Assembly: GCA_036660195.1 (NCBI GenBank)
Contig: JAVXBC010000002.1
Coordinates: 654-64,653, forward strand
Source of the DNA: Acinetobacter sp.
Lineage (GTDB): Bacteria > Pseudomonadota > Gammaproteobacteria > Pseudomonadales > Moraxellaceae
Reading direction: 5' to 3'
DNA: 64,000 nucleotides
This document shows positions 26,346 to 34,644 of the stretch, one piece after another. How positions within the stretch are numbered: position 1 is the stretch's first letter; each line of letters opens with the position of its first letter. The notes below the pieces were generated by a model. The model searched no databases, was not told the DNA's origin, and saw only the letters and a list, made by a program, of their open reading frames with translations. The translations under genes were made by a program, and so were the position numbers.

Positions 26346-27389
26346 TTAAGCGGAATGTCTTAATTTATCAGCAACGTCTAACAATAATTGTTCAGTCTTA
26401 TCCCATCCTAAACAACCATCTGTCACCGACTGACCATAGGTCATATCACAGGAAATCTTTTGATTACCGTCGACTAAATGACTTTCAATCATTACCCCAC
26501 GTACCTTTGATTCAGCACGCTCTGCAATAATCTGCTTTAAAACATTCAGTTGTTGTAATGGGTCTTTCCCACTATTGCCATGACTACAGTCAATCACCAA
26601 AGCAGGCAAATGCTTATGCTTGAAATGCATGGCTTGAATTGAGGCTAAATCATAATTTGTACCATGATTTGAACCACGCAAAATCAAATGTGGTAGTGGA
26701 TTGCCAGTGCTATGCAATACTGCAGGTAATCCTTGTTGCGTCATTCCTAAGAATTGATGGCTATGAAGTGCCGATTGAATCGCATCTAAAGCAATCTGAA
26801 TCGACCCATCTGTACCGTTTTTAAAGCCAATGCTGTATGGCATGTGGCTCGAAATTTCACGATGAATTTGTGATTCACTGGTGCGTGCACCAATTGCTCC
26901 CCACGCCAATACATCATCAAAATAGCCAGTTGCCATTGGGCTCAAAATTTCGCTCGCAATTGGCAAACCTTTCTCAATCAATTGAATGTAAAGTTCACGC
27001 GACTTTTCTAAACCGAGTTGTAAATCTGATGATCCATCTAAATTTGGATCATATAAGAAACCTTTCCAACCGACTGTCGTACGTGGTTTTTCAATATAGG
27101 CACGCATGACCAGAAGAATCTGATCTTTCACTTGTTCTTGTAATTGTTGAAGACGGTCAGCATATTCTAAAACTGCGATTGGATCATGAATCGAACAAGG
27201 CCCTGTAATCACCATTAAACGATTATCTTGCCCTGATAAAATATTCTGAATAGTTTGACGGTGTTCTGAGACTTGTCGAACTAAATCAGCAGACAACGGA
27301 TACTGCGCTTTGAGCTGAGATGGCGAGCTAATCACATGTTCTGTGATGAGAATCTGTGGTTGTTTTAAAGCAGTATTTACAGCATTCAT
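26346..27389 (-). CDS. 3-deoxy-7-phosphoheptulonate (DAHP) synthase, class I-alpha (AroF/G/H family)
   Basis: GPCSIHD, KPRTT, IGART, GFKNGTDG, DCSHGNS, MIES, SVTDGC; SD AAAGGA; isozyme specificity cannot be assigned. Confidence 0.96.
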   Translation of the reverse strand: MNAVNTALKQPQILITEHVISSPSQLKAQYPLSADLVRQVSEHRQTIQNILSGQDNRLMVITGPCSIHDPIAVLEYADRLQQLQEQVKDQILLVMRAYIEKPRTTVGWKGFLYDPNLDGSSDLQLGLEKSRELYIQLIEKGLPIASEILSPMATGYFDDVLAWGAIGARTSESQIHREISSHMPYSIGFKNGTDGSIQIALDAIQSALHSHQFLGMTQQGLPAVLHSTGNPLPHLILRGSNHGTNYDLASIQAMHFKHKHLPALVIDCSHGNSGKDPLQQLNVLKQIIAERAESKVRGVMIESHLVDGNQKISCDMTYGQSVTDGCLGWDKTEQLLLDVADKLRHSA

Positions 27390-27430
27390 AATGTGTTCCT
27401 TTGGACTGAGATTGATTGCAGTCCGATCTT

Positions 27431-27523
27431 TTATTTGAGCAAGTGTGGTCTAAGCGATGTTGATTTTTTGGCAAAATAAAACCAAGCAGTCTTGCTAAAA
27501 TATGAAAGGTTCAATGTATACAT
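27431..27523 (-). CDS. Second aromatic-rich leader peptide MYTLNLSYFSKTAWFYFAKKSTSLRPHLLK (30 aa)
   Basis: Hand-translated; GGGAGA SD with GGAG 7 nt before ATG; 7 aromatic codons among the first 17; stop is 41 nt before the DAHP synthase start. Confidence 0.7.
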   Translation of the reverse strand: MYTLNLSYFSKTAWFYFAKKSTSLRPHLLK

Positions 27524-27557
27524 GGTATTTCTCCCAAAATGATAAATGTTGAAGCAT

Positions 27558-27588
27558 AAAAAAACCTGATCGGGGTTGCCGATCAGGT
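27558..27588 (-). terminator. Attenuator terminator in the DAHP synthase leader
   Basis: mRNA ACCUGAUCGG-caacc-CCGAUCAGGU-UUUUUU: 10-bp stem plus U-tract, lying between promoter and structural gene. Confidence 0.9.
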
Positions 27589-27635
27589 ATTAACTGGTTG
27601 GGCAACCTTTATGTTGCCCGAATCTCTATAGGCAA

Positions 27636-27692
27636 CTAATTGTATTGCCAGAAATAAAAATAAGCGGTGTTGTTTACAGTATGCTTTAACAT
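27636..27692 (-). CDS. Attenuator leader peptide MLKHTVNNTAYFYFWQYN (18 aa)
   Basis: Hand-translated ATG TTA AAG CAT ACT GTA AAC AAC ACC GCT TAT TTT TAT TTC TGG CAA TAC AAT TAG; 6 of the last 8 codons are Tyr/Phe/Trp; alternative hairpins and a terminator follow. Confidence 0.85.
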   Translation of the reverse strand: MLKHTVNNTAYFYFWQYN

Positions 27693-27728
27693 CTTTATTC
27701 AAATATCAAAATAATGTGCCTAATCATT

Positions 27729-27757
27729 AAAGTACGCACTATTTGGGCATTTGACAA
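27729..27757 (-). promoter_or_regulatory. Sigma70 promoter for the leader/DAHP synthase transcript
   Basis: TTGTCA (27757-27752), 17-bp spacer, TACTTT (27734-27729); -10 ends 36 nt before the leader ATG. Confidence 0.7.
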
Positions 27758-27904
27758 GAAGTTTTTCTAAAATAATTCAATAAAATGAGATAAATTAAAT
27801 TTAACCAATAATATCAATAAATTAAATTTACACATCAAGCCAAATAATTACAAAAAAGTTAGTTTCTTATGATTTTGATTTGCAATGAAAATGCTTGATT
27901 CATC

Positions 27905-28267
27905 TTATCTGACTAAGCCTTGCGGCTGTAAGATGATGAGGCTCGCACCGCATAAAACCACGAAACCGCCTAAGATATCCCATCGAGTTAATGCGACTTG
28001 ATCGACATAGCGCAACCACATCAGCGCAGTAAAAATATAAATGCCGCCGTACGCTGCATAAATACGACCAGATGCTGCTGGGTGTAATGTGAGTAACCAT
28101 ACAAAAATGGCTAAGCTTATAGCTGTTGGAATCCACAACCAATATGACCTGCCCTGATTCAAAATCAAGTAAGGAAAATAACAACCTAAAATTTCAGCAA
28201 TCGCTGTAATGAAAAATAACCCAAATACTTTAAGTACTTGGGTTATTGGAATAGAAAATTCAAACAT
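27905..28267 (-). CDS. ynfA: YnfA (UPF0060) SMR-like membrane protein
   Basis: [26 protein letters not shown]; 4 TM helices; TAATG overlap with the clpA stop. Confidence 0.92.
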   Translation of the reverse strand: MFEFSIPITQVLKVFGLFFITAIAEILGCYFPYLILNQGRSYWLWIPTAISLAIFVWLLTLHPAASGRIYAAYGGIYIFTALMWLRYVDQVALTRWDILGGFVVLCGASLIILQPQGLVR

Positions 28268-30552
28268 TAAGCAGGTTCAACACTCGGGTTAATATGATCT
28301 TCAAAAACTTCAAGCGTTAAACCAACTTCTTTGCCATCTTCAGTCTTCACTGAAACCGCAACATTACCACCATGTTCTGCCAATTCACCGAATAAAATCA
28401 TTTCAGCAAGTGGCTTTTTCAAATGTTCTTGAATAAGGCGTTGCATTGGACGCGCACCCATCAAACGATCATAACCATTTGCGGTCATCCAATCTCGTGC
28501 ACTTTGATCAACTTCAAGTACCACTTGTTTATCATCTAGTTGGGCTTGCAGCTCGGTTAAGAACTTATCCACGACAGATTCGATGACAGTGGTTGGCAAG
28601 GCTTTAAACTGAATAACACCATCCAAACGGTTGCGGAATTCAGGTGAGAATGCACGTTTCATTGCATCTTGATTATCTTTACTGTTGTCTTGTTCAGTGA
28701 AACCGATACTTGAACGTGCAATACTTTCTGCACCGACATTGGTCGTCAAAACAAGAATCACATTTCTAAAATCAGACTTGCGACCATTATTATCGGTCAA
28801 TGCGCCATGATCCATGACTTGAAGCAATAAGTTAAAGACATCAGGATGCGCTTTTTCAATTTCATCGAGCAATAAAACACAATGAGGGTTTTTATGAATC
28901 GCATCGGTCAATAAACCGCCTTGATCGTAGCCAACATAACCCGGGGGTGCACCAATTAAGCGTGACACCGCATGACGTTCCATATATTCAGACATATCGA
29001 AACGTACCAGTTCTACACCTAGCAATTTGGCTAGTTGCTTAGTGACTTCGGTTTTCCCTACACCAGTTGGGCCTGCAAAGACAAAACTACCGACAGGTTT
29101 ATCAGGTGCTTTTAAACCTGCACGTGACAATTTAATTGCAGACGATAATGCCGTGATGGCTTCATCTTGACCAAATACCACTCGTTTCAAATCACGTTCT
29201 AAGTTTTCTAAAACTGACTTGTCATCTTTAGACACTGTTTTCGTAGGAATACGGGCTATTTTAGAAATAATATCTTCAATATTTTCCACAGAGATGGTTG
29301 AATCCGTCGCCTCAGTTTTTAGACGGCGTTGCGCACCTGCTTCGTCAATCACATCAATGGCTTTGTCTGGTAAAAAACGGTCATTGATAAATTTAGCTGA
29401 AAGTTCAACAGCAGCAACTAAAGCTTTATCTTCATATTCAACGCTATGAAATTCTTCAAATTTACCTTTTAAACCACGTAAAATTTCAATGGTTTCACCA
29501 ATGCTAGGCTCGTTGACATCAATTTTTTGAAAACGGCGCGATAAAGCATGATCTTTTTCAAATACTTGACGGTATTCTTGGAACGTCGTTGAGCCAATAC
29601 AACGTAAACTACCATTGGCTAATGCAGGTTTGATTAAATTCGATGCATCCATAGTGCTGCCCATACTTGAGCCTGCGCCGATGATCATGTGAATTTCATC
29701 TATAAATAAAATCGCATTCGGATTCTTTTTCAAGGCATTTAAAAGCTGTTTTAAACGCTTTTCAAAATCACCACGATATTTTGTCCCAGCAACGAGCGCA
29801 CCAATATCTAAGCTATACACTTCAGCAGTGGCAAGTGGTTTTGGTGCTTTACCATTTACAATTAACCAAGCCAAACCTTCAGCAATTGAGGTTTTACCTA
29901 CACCTGGATCGCCTACCAAAAGTGGGTTATTTTTACGGCGACGACATAAAATTTGTGCCGCACGTTCAATTTCTTTTTCACGACCGATTAAAGGATCAGT
30001 TTTACCCTTTTGCGCTTCAATATTTAAATTCAGCGTGTATTGCTCTAAAGGCCCAGAGTTGGCAGATGCTGCGCTCTCTCCGTCAATATCTTCAACTTCT
30101 TCCTCAACCTGAATCTCGTCTTTACGTGTGCCGTGTGAGAGATATTGAGTCAAGGTTAAACGGTTAATTTGATGACGTTTAAGCAAATAAACAGCGAAAG
30201 AATCTCTTTCCGAATACATCGCAACTAAAACATCAGCGCCTTCTACAGTACGATCTCCACCGCTCGATTGAACATGGAAAATTGCACGTTGCAAAATTCG
30301 GTCAAAACTCTCGGTCGGATGTGGGGCTTGTTCGCTATTATCATCAAGTTTTGGAGTATGTTGCTGTACGTATTCTTCTAATTCTTTACGCAAAGTTACT
30401 GTATCTGCACCGCATGCTTTAAGGGCATTAACGGCTGAATCATTTTCCAGTAAGGCAAGCAACAAATGCTCAACTGTCAAAAATTCATGTCTCTTTTGAC
30501 GAGCCATGCTAACAGCCAAACGTAACGATACTTCTAATTGACGACTAAGCAT
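28267..30552 (-). CDS. clpA: ATP-dependent Clp protease ATP-binding subunit ClpA
   Basis: [12 protein letters not shown]-domain, two AAA modules ([16 protein letters not shown]), IGF loop; downstream of clpS. Confidence 0.98.
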   Translation of the reverse strand: MLSRQLEVSLRLAVSMARQKRHEFLTVEHLLLALLENDSAVNALKACGADTVTLRKELEEYVQQHTPKLDDNSEQAPHPTESFDRILQRAIFHVQSSGGDRTVEGADVLVAMYSERDSFAVYLLKRHQINRLTLTQYLSHGTRKDEIQVEEEVEDIDGESAASANSGPLEQYTLNLNIEAQKGKTDPLIGREKEIERAAQILCRRRKNNPLLVGDPGVGKTSIAEGLAWLIVNGKAPKPLATAEVYSLDIGALVAGTKYRGDFEKRLKQLLNALKKNPNAILFIDEIHMIIGAGSSMGSTMDASNLIKPALANGSLRCIGSTTFQEYRQVFEKDHALSRRFQKIDVNEPSIGETIEILRGLKGKFEEFHSVEYEDKALVAAVELSAKFINDRFLPDKAIDVIDEAGAQRRLKTEATDSTISVENIEDIISKIARIPTKTVSKDDKSVLENLERDLKRVVFGQDEAITALSSAIKLSRAGLKAPDKPVGSFVFAGPTGVGKTEVTKQLAKLLGVELVRFDMSEYMERHAVSRLIGAPPGYVGYDQGGLLTDAIHKNPHCVLLLDEIEKAHPDVFNLLLQVMDHGALTDNNGRKSDFRNVILVLTTNVGAESIARSSIGFTEQDNSKDNQDAMKRAFSPEFRNRLDGVIQFKALPTTVIESVVDKFLTELQAQLDDKQVVLEVDQSARDWMTANGYDRLMGARPMQRLIQEHLKKPLAEMILFGELAEHGGNVAVSVKTEDGKEVGLTLEVFEDHINPSVEPA

Positions 30553-30785
30553 GTAACCCCCTTATATCTTGTACTCTAAGCTCTGTGCTAGACATTTCGT
30601 TAGAGTTGAAATTAACCTAATCCACTCGGACCATGAAACGTTATCTACTATACATTTCACTGTCACTTTGCTTCATATTCTACAGTTAGCATTAGTTGAG
30701 CAGCTGGTCAAGATTTAAAATTAAGTATGTTGTAAAAATTTAGTTACAAAAGAATAATTGTTCTTTTACTGATCGAAAAACGTCA

Positions 30786-30920
30786 CTTTTTACTACTACT
30801 CACAGCAGAGCTGTTCGTCTTGCGCCTGAGGAATATATTCCGCAAGAAGCGTTGCTTTTTACTACTACTCACAGCAGAGCTGTTCGTCTTGCGCATGAAT
30901 AAAGCGTTGCTTTATTCATG
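30786..30920. repeat. Two identical 40-bp direct repeats (period 69) plus palindromes; REP/MITE-like intergenic element
   Basis: CTTTTTACTACTACTCACAGCAGAGCTGTTCGTCTTGCGC at 30786-30825 and 30855-30894; internal ACAGC-aga-GCTGT hairpin; CATGAATAAAGC-gtt-GCTTTATTCATG palindrome over the clpS stop. Confidence 0.85.
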
Positions 30921-31334
30921 CTCAGGTTCGATCAAACAAAGTAATGGATGGCTTTGTGATCGTGCATAGTTATTCACTTGATTGGCTTTAGTCTCGGCAA
31001 TATCTCGTGGATAAATACCAGCTGTACCTTTTCCTTCATAATGAACCGTTAGCATAACTTGGCTGGCTTGTTCAAAATCCATCGAAAAATAATGTTCTAA
31101 AACTTCAATTACAAAATCCATTGGAGTGTAATCATCATTCATTAAAACGACTGCATACAATGGCGGTCGTTTTAATTCTGGGTGAGCCGTTTGCACAACG
31201 ACCTCACCCTCATGATCTTCATGCGGTAAATCGCTCATACGTGGATTCAAATGCCAATCAACATAACCCGATTGATGAAAAGAATTTTTCACAGCAGTTA
31301 AATTCATTTGACGTTTAAATCTTTGCATAATCAA
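30912..31334 (-). CDS. clpS: Clp protease adaptor ClpS (true start may be ATG 31238)
   Basis: [35 protein letters not shown]. Confidence 0.96.
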   Translation of the reverse strand: MIMQRFKRQMNLTAVKNSFHQSGYVDWHLNPRMSDLPHEDHEGEVVVQTAHPELKRPPLYAVVLMNDDYTPMDFVIEVLEHYFSMDFEQASQVMLTVHYEGKGTAGIYPRDIAETKANQVNNYARSQSHPLLCLIEPEHE

Positions 31335-31347
31335 TTCTTAAGTTAAA

Positions 31348-32100
31348 TTATTGAGCGTTAGCTTCAGTTTGAGGAATTTCTGACACAAAGGCAGAACTCG
31401 CATCTACAGGTTTACCGCGTTGCCAGCTAAAACGTTTAATTACAGGCGTACCTGAGCCTGTTGCACGTATTTCAATGAATTGAGGAGTAAAGCCTTTAGG
31501 CATTGTCCAACGACCAGTTAAACGCTCAAAGTCATCGAAATTAAAGTTTTTATCTTCCAGAGGAATGTCTAAAATTTCACTGTCTTTAATTAAGCGTAAT
31601 TCGACTGAACCGACTGCACGGCGCTTACCTGGACTGACTTGAACTAAATCAATTTGGTATTCAAATGAGTTTTCAGGTAAAGATTTAATCGCTAAATTTT
31701 GAACAGTTAAACTTAATCCACCGCGCTCACGTAGAATATCGCGGTAAATTGTATTCATGCTTTCAAATTGAACTTTTTCATCGTTGGCAAGATTAATCGC
31801 TTTAAATAACTCATCTGAATTACCGACAGCCATATCGCGTTCTTGCACCGCAGCATTCAAACTTTTCGTGACGGAATCAAGCGCAGTCTTTTGCTTTTGA
31901 ACCACTTCGACTAATTGTTCAGCATCGGCATCGAAGCCAACAACTGTTAAACCTTGACGGTGCCCAACGGTATAGCCAATTAAAAAGCTACTTCCTACCA
32001 ATAGGAATGCCGCAATAATTAAGGGTAAATTAGTTTTTAAGAATTGCTTTTTTTCCACGGAATTTTCAGGTGAAATCGTAGGTTCAGCGTTTTCCATCAT
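31348..32100 (-). CDS. Membrane-anchored coiled-coil protein (DUF6776-like)
   Basis: N-terminal TM helix, coiled coil, C-terminal beta domain (F..FERLTG...PKGFTP..FSW). Confidence 0.7.
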   Translation of the reverse strand: MMENAEPTISPENSVEKKQFLKTNLPLIIAAFLLVGSSFLIGYTVGHRQGLTVVGFDADAEQLVEVVQKQKTALDSVTKSLNAAVQERDMAVGNSDELFKAINLANDEKVQFESMNTIYRDILRERGGLSLTVQNLAIKSLPENSFEYQIDLVQVSPGKRRAVGSVELRLIKDSEILDIPLEDKNFNFDDFERLTGRWTMPKGFTPQFIEIRATGSGTPVIKRFSWQRGKPVDASSAFVSEIPQTEANAQ

Positions 32101-32129
32101 CTTCTCTATCGTTATGTACTACATCAAAG

Positions 32130-32159
32130 CACCCATTTAAATCGAAATTTAAATGGGTG
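32130..32159. other. 13-bp stem hairpin downstream of argC
   Basis: CACCCATTTAAAT-cgaa-ATTTAAATGGGTG; only a short U-run follows on the minus strand. Confidence 0.6.
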
Positions 32160-32178
32160 TGAAGTAAAAAAGCGTTTT

Positions 32179-33237
32179 TTATGGTAATAAACCAATCCCT
32201 TCCAGACCAGTAGTTTCATCAAAACCGAACATAATGTTCATATTTTGAACAGCCTGACCTGCCGCACCTTTGACTAAATTATCTTGTGCGACCAAGACTA
32301 TCAATTTATGTGGTTGAGGTTGATATAAAGCAATACGTAATTCATTTGCACCACGAACGCTGCGTGTTTCAGGCGAGCTCTTCGGAGGCATTACATCTAC
32401 AAAACGTTCATTTTTATAGAAGTTTTCATATAGCGATTGAATATCTAACTGTTGGGCTTGTTCAGTCAAATCGACATAAATTGTACTGAGCATGCCGCGA
32501 ATCATTGGGACTAAATGCGGTACAAATAGTAATTGCTCGAACTGTCCTTTTTGCCCTGAAATATTTTCTAAAGCTTCTACAATTTCAGGATGATGACGGT
32601 GTCCTGCAACGCCATAAGCTTTGAAATTATCCGCGTTTTCGCTATAGATCATCCCAAGATCAGCTTTACGCCCTGCACCTGAAACGCCTGATTTCGCATC
32701 AATAATAATACTTTTCGGATCAATGAGGTTTTCTTGCGTTTTCAATAATGGCGCTAAACCAAGTTGTACCGTGGTTGGATAACAACCTGGATTGCCAATG
32801 ACTTGAGCTTGTTTGATTTTTTCACGATTTAATTCAGTTAAGCCATACACCGAATCTTTTAAAAGATCTGTACAGCTATGCGGCATGCCATACCATTTTT
32901 CGAATTGAGCTAGGTCTTGTAAACGAAAATCCGCCGCCAGATCAATCACTTTTGTTCCAGCAGCTACAAGTGCTTCCGCATGTTTCATTGCCACACCATG
33001 CGGCGTTGCGAAAAACACCACATCACATTGTTTTAACTGTTCAATGTCTAGGTCTGAAAATTCAAGATCGGTATGCCCACGTAAATTTGGGAACATATCG
33101 GCAACACGTTTTCCTGCTTCTGTACGTGAGGTCAGTAAACGTACTTGGACTTGTGAATGTCTAAGTAGTAGGCGTAATAATTCAACACCTGTATATCCTG
33201 TTCCACCAACAATACCAACAGCAATCACGCGTGACAC
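32179..33237 (-). CDS. argC: N-acetyl-gamma-glutamyl-phosphate reductase
   Basis: [42 protein letters not shown]. Confidence 0.98.
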   Translation of the reverse strand: MSRVIAVGIVGGTGYTGVELLRLLLRHSQVQVRLLTSRTEAGKRVADMFPNLRGHTDLEFSDLDIEQLKQCDVVFFATPHGVAMKHAEALVAAGTKVIDLAADFRLQDLAQFEKWYGMPHSCTDLLKDSVYGLTELNREKIKQAQVIGNPGCYPTTVQLGLAPLLKTQENLIDPKSIIIDAKSGVSGAGRKADLGMIYSENADNFKAYGVAGHRHHPEIVEALENISGQKGQFEQLLFVPHLVPMIRGMLSTIYVDLTEQAQQLDIQSLYENFYKNERFVDVMPPKSSPETRSVRGANELRIALYQPQPHKLIVLVAQDNLVKGAAGQAVQNMNIMFGFDETTGLEGIGLLP

Positions 33238-33366
33238 CTCACAGTTTTAGTTCGTTGAATAGTATGGCAGTTTGACCGTTTTTGCACAATCGACAAGTCT
33301 CTAACTGATTTAAAAAAAAAGAAGTTAAATGTCGATTTCTAACTAATCTATCAATTTGGGTTTTAT

Positions 33367-34608
33367 TTACTCAGCAATGATGTGTGTTGATATTACTTTT
33401 GTACTGAACATAAATTTCCACAGAAAATAGATTGCCAATAAAATGTTGGCGATGAGTAAGAAAACAAAAGGTAAGTAATTAGCAGATTGATATAATGCCG
33501 TACTGAGCAATGGCCCGACGATTAATCCTATGGCTTGAGTTGTAGTGCAATAACTTGCCATTTTGACCTGCACTTGTGCAGATACTGCTTGTGCTGCACC
33601 CGTGGTAAAAGCAGGCAATAAACAAGCAACTGATATTCCATAAACAATATAGCTCGTTTGGAAAATAATGATTGTTGGTGCGTACAAAGAAATGAGTAGC
33701 CCTAAAATCATGGTGGATATGCCAATCAGGACTAAACTCTGTATCTTAAATTTAAAAAATTTCACAATTAAAAGCTGTGTTAACACAAGGCTCACGCCCA
33801 CGACCAACATACATTGCGTAAAATACATTGCACTTTGTTGACTGTTTAAACCAAATTTATCTTGAATATAAAATCCAGCCGTCATATTTAAAGTGACAAT
33901 TGCGATATAGGTTGAAAAACCTAACAGTAGCCATATAAAACTTGGCTTTAGAATAGATTGATCATCTTCATGATCATTCTTTTGCTGATCGACTAAGTTG
34001 TGCTGAATATTGTTTTTTTGATTAAAAATGATGGCAAGCGCAATACTTAATATCCCCAATGTTCCAACAGCGATCCACATCGGAAATAGTAAACCACCAA
34101 ATAATAAAACAGAGGTTGCAAATGGCCCGATGATCATTCCAAAACTGTTCATTGCACCCAATAAAGCCATGTTCTTTGTACGAGTGTCTACTTCACTAGA
34201 TTGTGTCATTACATAACTTTGTAAACCAATTTGTGGTAAAGCCATGAACACACCTGTTGATGCTCGGCTGAATACCAACAAAAGAAAAATGACCAGTGTG
34301 GGCAAAAGTGCATGAATACCTAAGTATAAAATAAAGGTAAATATCGCCCAAGTGAACGTCATTCCCCAAAATCCATATTGCACCAGCTGATTCGATGAAT
34401 AATTGTTCTTTTGTTTGACCATCCAAATGGAGGCAATTGCCATAAAAATTGCCCCTGCTGAAACAATCATACCGCCTTGAAACTCAGACAAATGTAATTG
34501 GCGCGTCAACGGCGCTAGTAAAGGCAAAATCATGGAAAAACACGTTCCATTGATTAAAGCGGCAAAAGCAAGAAGTTTAAAATCACGTTGCATATCTGTC
34601 ATCATCAA
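33367..34608 (-). CDS. actD: MFS transporter, probable siderophore exporter (ActD-like)
   Basis: 12 hydrophobic segments, last gene of the NIS cluster; symbol assigned by gene order with the acinetoferrin locus. Confidence 0.7.
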   Translation of the reverse strand: MMMTDMQRDFKLLAFAALINGTCFSMILPLLAPLTRQLHLSEFQGGMIVSAGAIFMAIASIWMVKQKNNYSSNQLVQYGFWGMTFTWAIFTFILYLGIHALLPTLVIFLLLVFSRASTGVFMALPQIGLQSYVMTQSSEVDTRTKNMALLGAMNSFGMIIGPFATSVLLFGGLLFPMWIAVGTLGILSIALAIIFNQKNNIQHNLVDQQKNDHEDDQSILKPSFIWLLLGFSTYIAIVTLNMTAGFYIQDKFGLNSQQSAMYFTQCMLVVGVSLVLTQLLIVKFFKFKIQSLVLIGISTMILGLLISLYAPTIIIFQTSYIVYGISVACLLPAFTTGAAQAVSAQVQVKMASYCTTTQAIGLIVGPLLSTALYQSANYLPFVFLLIANILLAIYFLWKFMFSTKVISTHIIAE

Positions 34609-34612
34609 AAAG

Positions 34613-34637
34613 AAAAGGCATCTAAAAGATGCCTTTT
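34613..34637 (-). terminator. Terminator-like hairpin between receptor and exporter genes
   Basis: AAAAGGCATCT-aaa-AGATGCCTTTT, followed by CUUUUU on the minus strand. Confidence 0.7.
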
Positions 34638-34644
34638 GGTAGGA

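Noticed and set aside
30786-30894. CRISPR mini-array (40-bp repeat, 29-bp spacer)
   Set aside because: Only two repeats, the spacer is itself palindromic and shares AAGCGTTG with the next segment, and there are no cas genes in the window
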